Source of the DNA: Longimicrobiales bacterium
Lineage (GTDB): Bacteria > Gemmatimonadota > Gemmatimonadetes > Longimicrobiales > Gaopeijiaceae
Assembly (NCBI GenBank): GCA_965226375.1
Contig: CBDDCX010000008.1
Location: 1,504,001-1,568,000, forward strand
Length of the DNA: 64,000 nucleotides
Reading direction: 5' to 3'
The first letter of the stretch is position 1, and every line of letters begins with the position of its first letter. Positions 1 to 11,042 of this stretch are shown here, piece by piece. The notes under the pieces are model-generated. The model saw only the letters and a program-made list of their open reading frames with translations. It did no database searches and was not told the DNA's origin. The position numbers and the translations under genes are program-made.

Positions 1-22
1 GCCAGGATAGAAGCCGTTTTGC

Positions 23-631
23 TCATGTGTCGACCGACTGGAAACCACCGAAGCGATACTCCCAGCCGCACTCCTCCATGAGGCTCAGGAGAAGGGGAAT
101 CGGGAGACCCACGACCGTATAGTAGTCGCCCCGAATTTCACTCACCAGCGCGGCTCCAAGTCCCTGAATTCCGTACGCTCCCGCCTTGTCGAGGGGCTCC
201 CCAGTCCGGACGTACCCGCGGGCGATCTCGGGCCGGAAATCGCGAAAGAGGACCTCGGTCGTGGCCACTCCGCTCCGGACCTGTCCGGAGGGAAGGACCA
301 GTGCAAGGCCGCTCGCCACCATGTGGCACCGTCCCTGGAGACGGAGGAGCATGGCTACGGCGTCCTCGGGGCCGGTGGGCTTGCCCAGGATTTCTCCGTC
401 CAACACGACCACGGTGTCGCCGCCTATAACGACCGCGTCGGGTCGCATACGAGCAGCGGCCAGTGCCTTGTTGCGCGACAGACGCTCCACGTGCGCCTCC
501 GGCGTCTCTCCGACCAGCACGTCCTCCGGAATATGGGTGGGCTCCACCGTGAAGGTCAGGCCCAGCATGGCCAGGTACTCCTTTCGCCGCGGAGAGGCCG
601 ACGCCAGGACCAGGGGCGGAAGATCGCTCAC
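23..631 (-). CDS. maf: Maf family nucleoside triphosphate pyrophosphatase
   Basis: [21 protein letters not shown] and [12 protein letters not shown] motifs; GTG start overlaps the dtd stop (GTGA). The ORF-track extension to 946 is not supported. Confidence 0.93.
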   Translation of the reverse strand: MSDLPPLVLASASPRRKEYLAMLGLTFTVEPTHIPEDVLVGETPEAHVERLSRNKALAAARMRPDAVVIGGDTVVVLDGEILGKPTGPEDAVAMLLRLQGRCHMVASGLALVLPSGQVRSGVATTEVLFRDFRPEIARGYVRTGEPLDKAGAYGIQGLGAALVSEIRGDYYTVVGLPIPLLLSLMEECGWEYRFGGFQSVDT

Positions 632-1068
632 TTCTCGAGCACCAGGGTGACAGGTCCGTCGTTCACGAGGGACACCTCCATCATCGCGCCGAACTCCCCC
701 GTCGCCACACGCCCGGGAAGCCGGGCCTCGAGGAGCTGTACGAATCCCTCGTAGAGCGGAATGGCGACCTCCGGCGGCGCCGCATGGACAAAGCTGGGAC
801 GACGCCCCTTCTTCGTGTCGCCGTACAGCGTGAACTGGCTCACGACGAGCAAGGATCCTCCGACCTCCTCCAGGTCGCGGTTCATCTTGCCCTCCGCGTC
901 GCCGAACACCCGGAGGCCCACGACCTTGTCGGCCATCCACTCGCATTGCTCTGCAGCGTCACCCTCTGTGAACCCGACGAGAAGCAGGTGCCCGATGCCG
1001 ATCTCGCCGACAACCCTTCCGTCCACGACCACCCGGGCCTCACTCACCCGCTGCAGTACCACTCTCAT
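628..1068 (-). CDS. dtd: D-aminoacyl-tRNA deacylase
   Basis: MRVVLQRV start, SQFTLYG..KGRRPSF motif and NDGPVT end. Confidence 0.96.
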   Translation of the reverse strand: MRVVLQRVSEARVVVDGRVVGEIGIGHLLLVGFTEGDAAEQCEWMADKVVGLRVFGDAEGKMNRDLEEVGGSLLVVSQFTLYGDTKKGRRPSFVHAAPPEVAIPLYEGFVQLLEARLPGRVATGEFGAMMEVSLVNDGPVTLVLEK

Positions 1069-1123
1069 CGAGGCGCCCTTCCCGGCGTGCAGATGTCGCC
1101 GTCGCACACCGAATCCGGAAAAT

Positions 1124-2962
1124 TCACTCCACCGTGACGGACTTGGCCAGGTTTCGCGGCTGATCGACGTCACATCCGCGTTGGATGGCCGCGTGGTAGG
1201 CCAAGAGCTGAAGGGGGATCGTGGTGAGGATGGGTAGCAGCGCCGGGATGGTGTGTGGTACCTGGATGACGTGGTCCACTCGTTCCGCCAGCTCCGGAGC
1301 CGCATCACTCACCACCGCGATAATGCGGCCGTTGCGGGCGCTCACCTCTTCGATGTTGGACACCACCTTGCCGTACACCGCGTCCCTGGGAGCCAGGACT
1401 ACCACGGGCATGTTCTCGTCGATCAGCGCGATAGGCCCGTGCTTCATTTCCGCCGCCGGATACCCCTCGGCATGGATGTAGCTCACTTCCTTGAGCTTGA
1501 GCGCCCCTTCGAGCGCCACCGGAAACTGATACCCACGCCCCAGATAGAGGAAGTTCTGGGAGTGGGCGTCTTGCCCCGCCAACTGCCTGATCACCGGCTC
1601 CAGCTTCAGGGTCTCTGCCACCTGCTCGGGGAGTTGCCGGAGGGCGGCGACGATCTCACGGCCCTGCACGTTCGAGAGATTGCGACGGCGACCCAGATAC
1701 AACGTGAACAACAACAGCGCCACAATCTGGCTGGTGAAGGCCTTGGTAGAGGCGACCCCGACCTCGGGACCGGCGTGCAGGTAGATGCCGAAGTCGGTCT
1801 CACGCGCAATAGTGGAGCCGACCACGTTTACGATCCCCATGGTGGGAGCGCCTCTGCTCCTCGCCTCCCTGAGCGCGGCCAGGGTGTCGGCGGTCTCGCC
1901 CGACTGACTGATGGCCAGAACGAGAGTGCCGGGCTCGATCACCGGGCTCCGGTATCGGAATTCGGAAGCGTACTCCACCTCCACGGGAATTCCCGCAAGC
2001 TCCTCGAGCATGTACTCGCCTATGAGCGCAGCGTGCCAGCTCGTTCCGCAGGCGGTGATCACAATGCGCTTGACCTGCGAGAGTTCCTCGTCGGTGAGCG
2101 TGATGCCGCCGAGGCGGGCGTCTCCCTCCTCCTCGAGAAGGCGACCCCGCATGACGTCGCGTAGGCTGGTGGGCTGTTCGCAGATTTCCTTGAGCATGTA
2201 GTGGGGGTAACCGCCCTTTTCGGCGGCCTCCAGGTCCCACTCCACGTGATGGATGGAGCGCTTCACCTCACCGTGCTCCAGGTTGAGGAGCCGGTATCCG
2301 GCGGCGGTCAACACAGCGCCGTCGCCGTCGTTCAGGTAGATGACGTCCTTCGTGTGTTGGATCACCGCCGATGCGTCGGAGCCGGCGAGGTTCTCTCCGT
2401 TCTTGCCGACCCCGACCAAAAGCGGACTGCCGTTGCGGGCGACTACGATCTTGCCCGGATCCCTACTGCTGACCACGGCGATCCCATACGCGCCTTCGAC
2501 CTGGAGGAGGGCGGCCACGACGGCATCCTCCAGAGTCTCGTTCTCGCGAAACGCCTCATCGATGAGGTGCACCACGGCCTCTGTGTCGGTCTCGGTCTCA
2601 AACACGTATCCGAGTTCAACGAGCTTGCCACGCAGCAGGGCGGCGTTTTCGAAGATCCCGTTGTGGACCATGGCAATGTCGCCTGCACGGCTCCGATGGG
2701 GATGTGCGTTCGGTTGATTGGGAGCGCCGTGAGTGGCCCAGCGCGTATGCGCGATGCCACAGGTACCCTCAGGCATCTCGGTCTCGAGGAGTAGCTCCAG
2801 CTCTCTCAGCTTTCCCGCCTGCTTCACCGTCCGAAGGCATCCGTCCTGGCCCAGGACGGCCATCCCGGCCGAATCGTATCCGCGATACTCGAGTCGACGC
2901 AGACCCTCCAACAGGATCGGCCCGGCCTCCTTGGAGCCCACGTACCCGACGATTCCGCACAT
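1124..2962 (-). CDS. glmS: glutamine-fructose-6-phosphate transaminase (isomerizing)
   Basis: MCGIVG start, [21 protein letters not shown] domains, [11 protein letters not shown] end. Confidence 0.98.
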   Translation of the reverse strand: MCGIVGYVGSKEAGPILLEGLRRLEYRGYDSAGMAVLGQDGCLRTVKQAGKLRELELLLETEMPEGTCGIAHTRWATHGAPNQPNAHPHRSRAGDIAMVHNGIFENAALLRGKLVELGYVFETETDTEAVVHLIDEAFRENETLEDAVVAALLQVEGAYGIAVVSSRDPGKIVVARNGSPLLVGVGKNGENLAGSDASAVIQHTKDVIYLNDGDGAVLTAAGYRLLNLEHGEVKRSIHHVEWDLEAAEKGGYPHYMLKEICEQPTSLRDVMRGRLLEEEGDARLGGITLTDEELSQVKRIVITACGTSWHAALIGEYMLEELAGIPVEVEYASEFRYRSPVIEPGTLVLAISQSGETADTLAALREARSRGAPTMGIVNVVGSTIARETDFGIYLHAGPEVGVASTKAFTSQIVALLLFTLYLGRRRNLSNVQGREIVAALRQLPEQVAETLKLEPVIRQLAGQDAHSQNFLYLGRGYQFPVALEGALKLKEVSYIHAEGYPAAEMKHGPIALIDENMPVVVLAPRDAVYGKVVSNIEEVSARNGRIIAVVSDAAPELAERVDHVIQVPHTIPALLPILTTIPLQLLAYHAAIQRGCDVDQPRNLAKSVTVE

Positions 2963-3227
2963 ATCTGGCTACCCTAGGAGGAACCTGAGACACCGCATCG
3001 GTGAGCGGAGCGCCGACCCGACCTCGGAATCCGGACACACTCACCACCAGCCCATCTGGAAGTTAGACTATCGAGATTTCCTCGAAGACCGTCAACGCCA
3101 GGCGGTGGCACTGCCTGCACCGGCTCGGGTACATTCCGGCCATCCACGGGTCCCTCCGCGCCAGCTCCACTGCGGCTCCGGACAGGACACCCGACGCAGC
3201 ATCACAGATACCCATCGTGAGGAGTGA

Positions 3228-4388
3228 ATGACGACGACATCCGGGGACGGAGCCCGATTCGGAACGCTCGCCATCCATGCCGGACAGGAGCCCGAGGCCG
3301 AGACCGGAGCCATCATGCCTCCGATCTTCCAGACCTCTACCTACGTGCAGCCCGACGTAGCCAAGCCCAAAAAGGGTTATGACTACGCCCGGGTCCAGAA
3401 CCCGACCCGGGAGGCCTTGGAGCGTAACGTGGCCGCGCTGGAAGGTGGAAAACACGGCGTCGCATTCGCGAGCGGCCTGTCCGCCATCGAGTCCGTAGTC
3501 AAGCGACTCTCGGCAGGCGATCACATCGTGAGTGAGGAGAACACGTACGGCGGGGTCACGCGCATGTTCACACGCGTACTCGACAAGCTCGGTCTGGAGT
3601 TTTCCTTCGTAGACACGCGTGACCCCGACCGGATCCGTGAGGCCATGCGGCCGAACACCCGGCTCGTGCACGTCGAGACGCCGACCAACCCCCTCATGCG
3701 TATCTGCGACCTGGCCGCTGCGGCCGACATCGCTCACCAGGCAGGCGCCATTCTCATGGTGGACAACACGTTTGCGTCGCCCTTCAACCAGCGCCCCCTC
3801 GAGCTGGGTGCGGACGTCACGGTGCACTCGTCCACCAAGTATCTGAACGGTCACTCGGACATCATCGGCGGGATCCTCGCGGTGAACGACGACGAGCTCG
3901 CGGAAGATATCCGCTTTGTGAGAAAGTCCACCGGTGCCGTCCCGGGACCCATGGATGCCTGGCTCTGCCTTCGGGGCACAAAGACACTCCACGTGCGAAT
4001 GGAGAGACACAACGCGAACGGCTTGGCGGTGGCACAGCACCTCGAGGAACACCCCGCTGTGAGGCGTGTCATCTATCCGGGACTCGACTCACACTCTCAG
4101 CACGATCTCGCTCGCAGCCAGATGTCGGGTTTCACGGGAATGGTGGCGCTCGACCTGGGCGACCCCGATCAGGCCCGGGCCCTGGCCACAGGCACTGACG
4201 TGTTCCAGCTTGCCGAGAGTCTCGGGGGTGTGGAGTCGCTGATCAGCATTCCGGCGCTGCAGACGCACGCCTCGGTGCCGAAGGATCTGCGAGAGGCCAT
4301 GGGAGTCACGGAAGGACTGGTACGGCTCTCTGTGGGCATCGAGGATCTGCAGGATCTGCTCGAAGACCTGGATCAGGCTCTGGCCTGA
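3228..4388 (+). CDS. cystathionine gamma-synthase/gamma-lyase family PLP enzyme
   Basis: PIFQTSTY, YARVQNPTR, ETPTNP, DNTFASP, HSSTKYLNGHSD, AESLGGVESL; GAGGAG RBS. Confidence 0.93.
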   Translation: MTTTSGDGARFGTLAIHAGQEPEAETGAIMPPIFQTSTYVQPDVAKPKKGYDYARVQNPTREALERNVAALEGGKHGVAFASGLSAIESVVKRLSAGDHIVSEENTYGGVTRMFTRVLDKLGLEFSFVDTRDPDRIREAMRPNTRLVHVETPTNPLMRICDLAAAADIAHQAGAILMVDNTFASPFNQRPLELGADVTVHSSTKYLNGHSDIIGGILAVNDDELAEDIRFVRKSTGAVPGPMDAWLCLRGTKTLHVRMERHNANGLAVAQHLEEHPAVRRVIYPGLDSHSQHDLARSQMSGFTGMVALDLGDPDQARALATGTDVFQLAESLGGVESLISIPALQTHASVPKDLREAMGVTEGLVRLSVGIEDLQDLLEDLDQALA

Positions 4389-4468
4389 AACTTCTCTCGG
4401 GGGAGCCGCGTACAGCCGATAAGAACGCGGCGGCCTTCGGCCCTAGCGGTAAGGACACAAGGAGATAG

Positions 4469-5494
4469 ATGGCCATGGCTGGTGATAACGACCAAGAGAA
4501 CGGCAACGGAGAGAACGGCGAAGACGAGCAGGACGCACGTGCACGTCGCATCCTGACCGACATCGCGCCGCGCTCCTGGGAGCACCCGGCGGATCGCGCA
4601 GCCCTGGCGGCCTTGCGTAAAATTCCGGTCTTCGACGACGTACTCCGCAAGCTCTTCGGGTTCTTCGGCGAGAAGCCGATTCGCCTGGCGTTCCTGGCGA
4701 ACTCGGTGCGGGTTTCCGAGCGCCAGTTCCCCAGGGTCCAGAGTCTGTACAAGGACGTTCTCCAGACCCTGGACGCACCTGAGGACTATCCTCTGTTCGT
4801 CTCCCAGACGCCCATCGTGAACGCCGGCGCCTACGGCATGGATGAGCCGTTCATCATCCTGAACTCCGGAACCGTCAAGCTCCTGGACGACGAACAGTTG
4901 TCGTACGTCATGGGCCACGAAGTGGGCCATATCATGAGCGACCACGTCCTGTACCGGACCATGACGGTGCTCCTGATTCAACTCGCCGGGATGGGCTTTC
5001 CCATCGTCGGCCTGGCTGCACGGGCGATTCTGGTTGCGCTCCTCGAGTGGTCCCGGAAGAGCGAGTTGTCGAGCGACCGGGCCGGTCTGCTCTCGGTGCA
5101 GAACCCCCAGGGGGTGATGCACACCATGCTCAAGATGGCAGGCGGCGGAGACGACGACGAGATGAACCTCGACGAGTTCATCATGCAGGCGGAGGAGTAC
5201 AGGGAGACGGGTGACGTGGCGGACCAGGTCTTCAAGGTGCTGAACCTGATGGGCCAAAGCCATCCCTTCTACGTGCTTCGTGTCGCGGAAATCCGTTCCT
5301 GGATCGAAGAGGGTGCATACGATCGAATCATCCGAGGCGAGTACCAGCACCGGGGTGATCCGGATCCGGCCTACAAGGATGATCTCAACGATGCGGCCTC
5401 GGCGTACGCGCAGGGCGCCAAAGATCTCTTCGGGCAGGTCACCGGCGCCGCAAAGCGCATGGCCGACGACATCATGGGAAGCGTCAAGCGGTAG
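4469..5494 (+). CDS. M48 family zinc metallopeptidase
   Basis: NAGAYG, HEVGH zinc motif, SRKSELSSDRAG, SHP. Confidence 0.88.
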   Translation: MAMAGDNDQENGNGENGEDEQDARARRILTDIAPRSWEHPADRAALAALRKIPVFDDVLRKLFGFFGEKPIRLAFLANSVRVSERQFPRVQSLYKDVLQTLDAPEDYPLFVSQTPIVNAGAYGMDEPFIILNSGTVKLLDDEQLSYVMGHEVGHIMSDHVLYRTMTVLLIQLAGMGFPIVGLAARAILVALLEWSRKSELSSDRAGLLSVQNPQGVMHTMLKMAGGGDDDEMNLDEFIMQAEEYRETGDVADQVFKVLNLMGQSHPFYVLRVAEIRSWIEEGAYDRIIRGEYQHRGDPDPAYKDDLNDAASAYAQGAKDLFGQVTGAAKRMADDIMGSVKR

Positions 5495-5533
5495 CGATAA
5501 GAGACTAGGCTGGTCCCTTCCGGGACCTGCGGA

Positions 5534-5571
5534 AACGGGCAACCGGGCAACCGGTTGCCCGTTCTTTTTTT
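5534..5571 (+). terminator. Rho-independent terminator
   Basis: Perfect 13-bp stem AACGGGCAACCGG, GCAA loop, CCGGTTGCCCGTT, then a T7 tract. Confidence 0.9.
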
Positions 5572-5580
5572 GGGGCTATT

Positions 5581-5879
5581 CTGGAGGCCTACTGAGGAAG
5601 TACAGTGGGTCGCGCGACCCGCGCCTTCGGCGCGGGTGCCCCGGGTCTTGCGAGGCTCAGACTAGGAACGACGACGAGTCGTAGCAGGGCTACGGCGAGG
5701 AGGAGAGACAACGTATGAGACCGCAACCCCCCTGTGCCCTCCGGGTTAGGGCGGCGAGGGCCCATCGCGGGTGTTGGCGCTCCTCCCCGATACTTAAGCA
5801 TCGCGTCGTCGCGCCGCCTACGCGCTGGACCCTCGGCGCTCCTAACGCGACCCGCTGTACTTCCTCAGCAGGCCTCTAG
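5581..5879. mobile_element. putative MITE (non-autonomous element, ~300 bp)
   Basis: 5581-5614 (CTGGAGGCCTACTGAGGAAGTACAGTGGGTCGCG) matches the reverse complement of 5846-5879 at 31/34; CTGG/CTAG ends may be a target-site duplication; no convincing ORF inside. Confidence 0.7.
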
Positions 5880-5882
5880 GCC

Positions 5883-7175
5883 ATGCGCATTCTCATCGTT
5901 GGTAACGGCGGCCGGGAGCACACCCTGGCCTGGAAGCTCGACCGGGACGCAAGAGACGCCACCATCTTCGTCACCCAGCCCAACGGGGGAATGGTAGGCT
6001 CCGTCGAAAGCCTTGAGATCGCTCCGGGAGACGTTGAAGCTCTGGCGGGCTGGGCTCATGCTCAGCAGATCGACATGGTGGTCATCGGACCGGAGGCACC
6101 GCTGGCCTCGGGTCTCGCGGATCGCCTGCACCGTAGCGGCGTGCCCGTGTTCGGCCCTACCAAAGCCGCGGCCCGCATCGAGTCGAGCAAGGTCTACGCC
6201 AAGGAACTCATGCAGCGTGCGGGCGTCTCTACGGCCGGCTTCGCGGCGTTCAGTGACCCGGCCGAGGCCGCCAGCTACCTGAAGGACGGCGGCGCTCCCG
6301 TGGTCGTCAAAGCTTCCGGCCTGGCTGCCGGAAAAGGGGCCGTGGTCTGCGAGACCGTCGATGAAGCCCTCGCGACGGTAGATCGAATGATGACGGACCG
6401 CGTGTTCGGCGAAGCGGGCCGCGAGGTGGTCATCGAGGAGTTCATGTATGGAGAGGAGCTTTCGGTCTTCGCGTTGGCGGACGGTCGGGACGCCATGCTC
6501 ATGCTCCCGTCGCAGGATCACAAACGCGTCGGCGAGGGGGAAACGGGCCCCAACACAGGCGGCATGGGGGCATACGCCCCGGTAGCTCTGGCGACCCCCG
6601 AACTCTTGTCCGACGTGCTGGACCGTGTCATCCGGCCGACCCTGGCCGCCCTGGCAGAAGACGACTCCGAATTTCGGGGACTGCTCTACGCCGGCCTGAT
6701 GCTCACGGATCAGGGGCCCAGGGTCGTGGAGTTCAACTGCCGTTTCGGGGACCCCGAGACACAGGTGGTGCTGCCCTTGCTCGAGTCGTCCCTCCTGGCT
6801 CCCATGCTGGAGATCGCACGCGGAGGACACCTGGGCGGTGCCACGCTGGAGTGGAGCAGCAGAGCGGCTTTGACGACCGTCGTGGCCTCCGAGGGATATC
6901 CCGGCCAATACGAAAACGGCCGGCGAATCGACATCCCGGACAGCCTGTCTTCGGACCCCGACGTGCTGCTCTTCCACGCGGGCACCAGAATGGGCCCGGA
7001 CGGCCTCGAGACCTCGGGCGGACGCGTGATCGCGGTGACCGGCCTCGGCTCGACCCTGAGCCAAGCGGCGGCCAAGAGTCGCGCGGCGGCCGCCACCATC
7101 GACTTCGACGGCAAGCTTTTCCGGAGCGATATCGGGTGGAGAGAGTTCGCCCGATCCGAGCGGGAACGTCCCTAA
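5883..7175 (+). CDS. purD: phosphoribosylamine-glycine ligase
   Basis: GNGGREH, GPEAPL, KASGLAAGKG, QDHKR..GPNTGGMGAY, EFNCRFGDPETQ. Confidence 0.97.
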   Translation: MRILIVGNGGREHTLAWKLDRDARDATIFVTQPNGGMVGSVESLEIAPGDVEALAGWAHAQQIDMVVIGPEAPLASGLADRLHRSGVPVFGPTKAAARIESSKVYAKELMQRAGVSTAGFAAFSDPAEAASYLKDGGAPVVVKASGLAAGKGAVVCETVDEALATVDRMMTDRVFGEAGREVVIEEFMYGEELSVFALADGRDAMLMLPSQDHKRVGEGETGPNTGGMGAYAPVALATPELLSDVLDRVIRPTLAALAEDDSEFRGLLYAGLMLTDQGPRVVEFNCRFGDPETQVVLPLLESSLLAPMLEIARGGHLGGATLEWSSRAALTTVVASEGYPGQYENGRRIDIPDSLSSDPDVLLFHAGTRMGPDGLETSGGRVIAVTGLGSTLSQAAAKSRAAAATIDFDGKLFRSDIGWREFARSERERP

Positions 7176-7204
7176 CCCTTCTTGCCCGCCGAGGACATCA
7201 ACCC

Positions 7205-8032
7205 ATGCCGGAACTCCCCGAGGTCGAGACCATCGTCCGTGGACTCCGGCCAGGGCTCACGGGCCGTTCGATCCATCGCATCCGAGTCTTACGACCCGAT
7301 GTCCTGCGACAGTCTCCCCGGAGCTTCTCAGCCCGATTGAGAGGACGGACCGTCCAATCCGTGTCGCGGCGCGGAAAGAACATCGTCATCTCCCTTTTTG
7401 AGGAGCGGGTTCTGGTGGTGAACCTCGGCATGACGGGCCGCCTGCTCCTGGCCGGCCCCGAGGCGCGGGCGACACATCCGGCCGTTCGCTTCACTCTCGA
7501 CCAGGGGCCGACCATGGTCTTCGACGACGTGCGCCGCTTCGGAGCGTTGGAGGCACTCACAATCGACGAATGGGATCTACGATCTCGAAAGCTCGGACCC
7601 GAGCCCCTTTCTACCGGTTACACGGCCAGGCGTCTCCACACCGACCTCGGCCGGTCCTCGTCGCCCATCCGATCCTGGTTGCTGGACCAGCGTCGCATAG
7701 CGGGTGTAGGAAACATCTACGCGAACGAGGCTCTGTACCTGGCCGGCATTCACCCACAACGCCCCGCCAAGTCGGTGAGCGAGGCAGAAGCTCGGGCGCT
7801 CCACCGAACCATACGGGAAGTCCTGCGCCAGGCGATTCGGAATCGCGGCACCACGTTGCGGGACTATCGGGACGCGCGGGGGGCCCCCGGTGAGAATGCC
7901 GTGACCCTGCAGGTATATGGCCGTGCCGGGGAGCCATGCCTCAACTGTTCTACGGGGATCCGTCGATTGGTCTTTGGAAATCGATCCGCCTTCTACTGCC
8001 CGACCTGTCAGCCGGTTACAAGCCGCGCATGA
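7205..8032 (+). CDS. mutM: formamidopyrimidine-DNA glycosylase
   Basis: MPELPEVE start, LLDQ..IAGVGNIYANE, C-terminal CxxC..CPTCQ zinc finger. Confidence 0.96.
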   Translation: MPELPEVETIVRGLRPGLTGRSIHRIRVLRPDVLRQSPRSFSARLRGRTVQSVSRRGKNIVISLFEERVLVVNLGMTGRLLLAGPEARATHPAVRFTLDQGPTMVFDDVRRFGALEALTIDEWDLRSRKLGPEPLSTGYTARRLHTDLGRSSSPIRSWLLDQRRIAGVGNIYANEALYLAGIHPQRPAKSVSEAEARALHRTIREVLRQAIRNRGTTLRDYRDARGAPGENAVTLQVYGRAGEPCLNCSTGIRRLVFGNRSAFYCPTCQPVTSRA

Positions 8033-9552
8033 CTCGCACCGCACGGCTCTGGAAGGGCGGGGTGCTCGCCACGATGCTGGCGGGGGGGATCGCGACGAGC
8101 GCAGGGCAGGCCCGCGCTCAGGTGTCGACGGGGGTCGACCTCCCGGTCGTGGAGCACGAGCTCGCCAACGGCATGAGGTGGCTGGTGCTGCCCCGCCACG
8201 GATCACCCACCGCCTCCCTGGTCGTGCAGTATGCCCTGGGCGGTGTGAACGAGGTCCCCGGCAACACCGGCATCGCCCATCTCCTCGAGCACCTGCTGTT
8301 CAAGGGAACCACCACTCTCGGCACCCTCGACATAGATGCGGAGCGGGGACTCTTCGCGAGGATGGATGCCATTGAGGACTCGGTTCGGACCATGGAGACC
8401 GAAGGAGCTCCGGCCACGGCGATTACGCCGTTGCTCGAGCGTATCCGTCTGTTGGAAGAGGATGCCGCGGCCTACGTGGTGTCGAACGAGATGGACCGCA
8501 TTCTCTCCAAGAACGGCGCTCGCGGACTCAATGCCAGCACCGACGCAGAGTCCACCACCTACTACGTGGAGCTTCCCTCGAACCGTCTGGAATTGTGGTT
8601 CCTGCTCGAATCGGACCGTATTCGGGATCCCGTCTTCCGTGAGTTCTACACGGAGCGGGACGTGGTGGCCGAAGAGCGACGCCTCCGGGTCGAGACTCAG
8701 CCGGGCGGACTCCTTTACGAGACCCACATAGGCGAGTCATTCACGGTGCACCCCTACGGCCAGCCCGTCGTGGGGTCCATGTCGGACATCCGGCAGCTCG
8801 ACCGCAAGAGGGTGCGGGAGTACTACGAGCGTTACTACGGGCCGTACAATGCCGTGGTGGCCATCGTCGGCGACGTGGATCCGCTCCAGATGATCGAGTG
8901 GGCCGTACGATACTTCAGCGACCTACGTGCAGGAGATCCGCCCCCTCCGGTCGTCTCCCGCGAGCCGGAACAGCGGCGGGAGCGTCGCGCCGAGGTCGTG
9001 TTCGACGCCGAACCGCAGGTGCGAATCGGTTGGCATGTGCCCGAGCAGGAGCATCCCGACACACCGGCGCTGTCGATGCTGTCCGCGTTGCTCACCGGAG
9101 GGCGGACGGCCCGGTTGCACCAGCGACTCGTCCTCGGCGAGCGACTCGCGACGCGGGTCGGTTCGGTCATGGGCCCGGGGGCTCGTTTCCCCCGTTTGTT
9201 CACGATCGACGCGAACACGCTGTTTCCTCATACCACCCATGAGATCGAGGCCGCCGTCTACGCCGAGCTGGATTCCCTGAGACGCACGCCGCCGTCCGAA
9301 CCGGAGCTGCAACGCATCCGCAACCAGCTCGAAGCAAGTCAGGTCAGAGCCCTGACGTCCCACCTCGGCCTCGCGTTTCAGCTGTCCGGATCCGCATCGA
9401 AGTTCGGGGATTGGAGAACCGGATTCCGTGACAGGGAACGCCTGGCCGAGGTACAACCCGAAGACGTCAGCCGGGTCGTGGCGGCCTACTTCACTCGCGA
9501 GAACCGCACGGTAGCATCTCTTGTTCGGGCCGACACGGGGTCGGAACGGTGA
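8029..9552 (+). CDS. M16 (pitrilysin/insulinase) peptidase, catalytic subunit, secreted
   Basis: Signal peptide, GIAHLLEHLLFKG inverted zinc motif, ERDVVAEERR, HPYG; ATGA overlap with mutM. Confidence 0.92.
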   Translation: MTRTARLWKGGVLATMLAGGIATSAGQARAQVSTGVDLPVVEHELANGMRWLVLPRHGSPTASLVVQYALGGVNEVPGNTGIAHLLEHLLFKGTTTLGTLDIDAERGLFARMDAIEDSVRTMETEGAPATAITPLLERIRLLEEDAAAYVVSNEMDRILSKNGARGLNASTDAESTTYYVELPSNRLELWFLLESDRIRDPVFREFYTERDVVAEERRLRVETQPGGLLYETHIGESFTVHPYGQPVVGSMSDIRQLDRKRVREYYERYYGPYNAVVAIVGDVDPLQMIEWAVRYFSDLRAGDPPPPVVSREPEQRRERRAEVVFDAEPQVRIGWHVPEQEHPDTPALSMLSALLTGGRTARLHQRLVLGERLATRVGSVMGPGARFPRLFTIDANTLFPHTTHEIEAAVYAELDSLRRTPPSEPELQRIRNQLEASQVRALTSHLGLAFQLSGSASKFGDWRTGFRDRERLAEVQPEDVSRVVAAYFTRENRTVASLVRADTGSER

Positions 9553-11042
9553 ACACGTCCGGATTCCGTGTGACGTCCGGGCTCGTGGCTTTCATCACGC
9601 TTGCCATAGAGCTTCCGGCCCAGGAGACGGTGCGGCGGCACATTGCTGATCTCGAGTTCGCCGAGTTGGAGTTCCTCCCGCCCGAGCCTCAGCGCTACAC
9701 GCTCGAGCCCGGAGTCGACGTCTTTCTGCTCGAGGACCACACCCTGCCGCTCGTAACCGTATACGCCCGCTTCAAGGGCGGACCGCGCCATTTTCGACGC
9801 GACGAGCTGGGAGCGTCCACGGCCGTACCCATACTTCTCCGATCGAGCGGCACCACCGATCTGTCGCCGGACTCCGTGGACAAGTTCTTGGAGTTCTATG
9901 CGACCCAGACGACGTTCGGAGGAGGAGGAGGCACCTCGTTCAGTAACGTGAACATGCTCGTGCGGCATTTGGACGACGTGCTCCCCATCTGGGGTCACCT
10001 GCTGAAGAGGCCGGCCTTCGACGAGGAATCCATCGAGGTGTGGCGCGGCCAGGAACTTGAAGACGTACGACGCAAAGGGGACACGCCCGGTCGCCTTGCG
10101 GTCTCGAAGTTCAATCGACTGCTCTTCGGGGACCACCCCATCGGTTGGGAGTTGGGAGCCGAAGATCTGGAGGCCGAAGACCTCACAGCCGAGACTCTCA
10201 GATCCGTACACGGCGGGATCTATTGCACCGACAACCTCACGTTGGGTGTCACCGGCGACGTCACGTGGGAAGAGATGCGTCCGAGGCTGGAGACCCTGCT
10301 CGCCGACTGGCCACCCTGCGACCGTCCGTTGACCGAGCCCCCCCTGCCCGACCAGGTGGTCGAGCCCGGCGTGTACCTGGTGCCGAGGGAGCTCGAGCAG
10401 AGCACGGTCGTGATCGGAAGGCCCAGCCGTATCCGGCTCGGCGACGAGCTGGAGTACTTCTCGTCGAGAATCGGCAACACCATCCTCGGTGGGTCGGGTC
10501 TGACGAGCCGTCTCGTGACCCGAGTGCGGACGGAGGATGGCCTCGCCTATTCGGCCGCTTCGGTATGGACCGCACCCAGACGATCGGCAGGTATCGTAGG
10601 CGCCATCACGCAAACAAAGAGCGAATCGACGGTGGCCGCCATCCGCTCGATCCTCGGCGTCTTCCGGGGGATGTCGACGGATCCACCCGACGACGCGGAG
10701 GTCAGTGACGCGATCGACCGTATCGTGAACGGATTCGTGTTCAACTTCGAGAACCCCGGGCAGATCGTCTCACGGCAGATGCTCTACAACACTCAGGATC
10801 TTCCTCTGGATTGGCTCACACGGTACCTGGAGGGAATCCAGGGCGTGACGTCAGAATCCGTCGAGGCCCTGTTCCGCAGCCATCTCTCGTCGCGCGACAT
10901 CGACGACATGGTCATCCTGGTGGTCGGCGATCCGGACGTGTTCGACCCCGGGCTGGAGGAGTGCGGGCCCATCAGGATCGTCGATCTCGAGGGGAGCGTC
11001 CTGGGTGGACGGGACGCCCCCGTCGAGGGCTTCAGCTGCTGA
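9549..11042 (+). CDS. M16 peptidase, non-catalytic partner subunit
   Basis: No HxxEH; ILGGSGLTSRL..VR..GLAYS motif; overlaps the upstream M16 gene. Confidence 0.88.
   Translation: MNTSGFRVTSGLVAFITLAIELPAQETVRRHIADLEFAELEFLPPEPQRYTLEPGVDVFLLEDHTLPLVTVYARFKGGPRHFRRDELGASTAVPILLRSSGTTDLSPDSVDKFLEFYATQTTFGGGGGTSFSNVNMLVRHLDDVLPIWGHLLKRPAFDEESIEVWRGQELEDVRRKGDTPGRLAVSKFNRLLFGDHPIGWELGAEDLEAEDLTAETLRSVHGGIYCTDNLTLGVTGDVTWEEMRPRLETLLADWPPCDRPLTEPPLPDQVVEPGVYLVPRELEQSTVVIGRPSRIRLGDELEYFSSRIGNTILGGSGLTSRLVTRVRTEDGLAYSAASVWTAPRRSAGIVGAITQTKSESTVAAIRSILGVFRGMSTDPPDDAEVSDAIDRIVNGFVFNFENPGQIVSRQMLYNTQDLPLDWLTRYLEGIQGVTSESVEALFRSHLSSRDIDDMVILVVGDPDVFDPGLEECGPIRIVDLEGSVLGGRDAPVEGFSC

Noticed and set aside
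2963..3227. glmS ribozyme or SAM riboswitch in the glmS / PLP-lyase divergent spacer
   Set aside because: No AGCGCC..GACGAGG core on the glmS strand and no SAM-I signature; only a weak TTGACG-N19-TAGTCT promoter-like match.
5589..5801. 70-aa minus-strand ORF inside the inverted-repeat element
   Set aside because: No recognisable motif or transposase similarity; likely a chance ORF.
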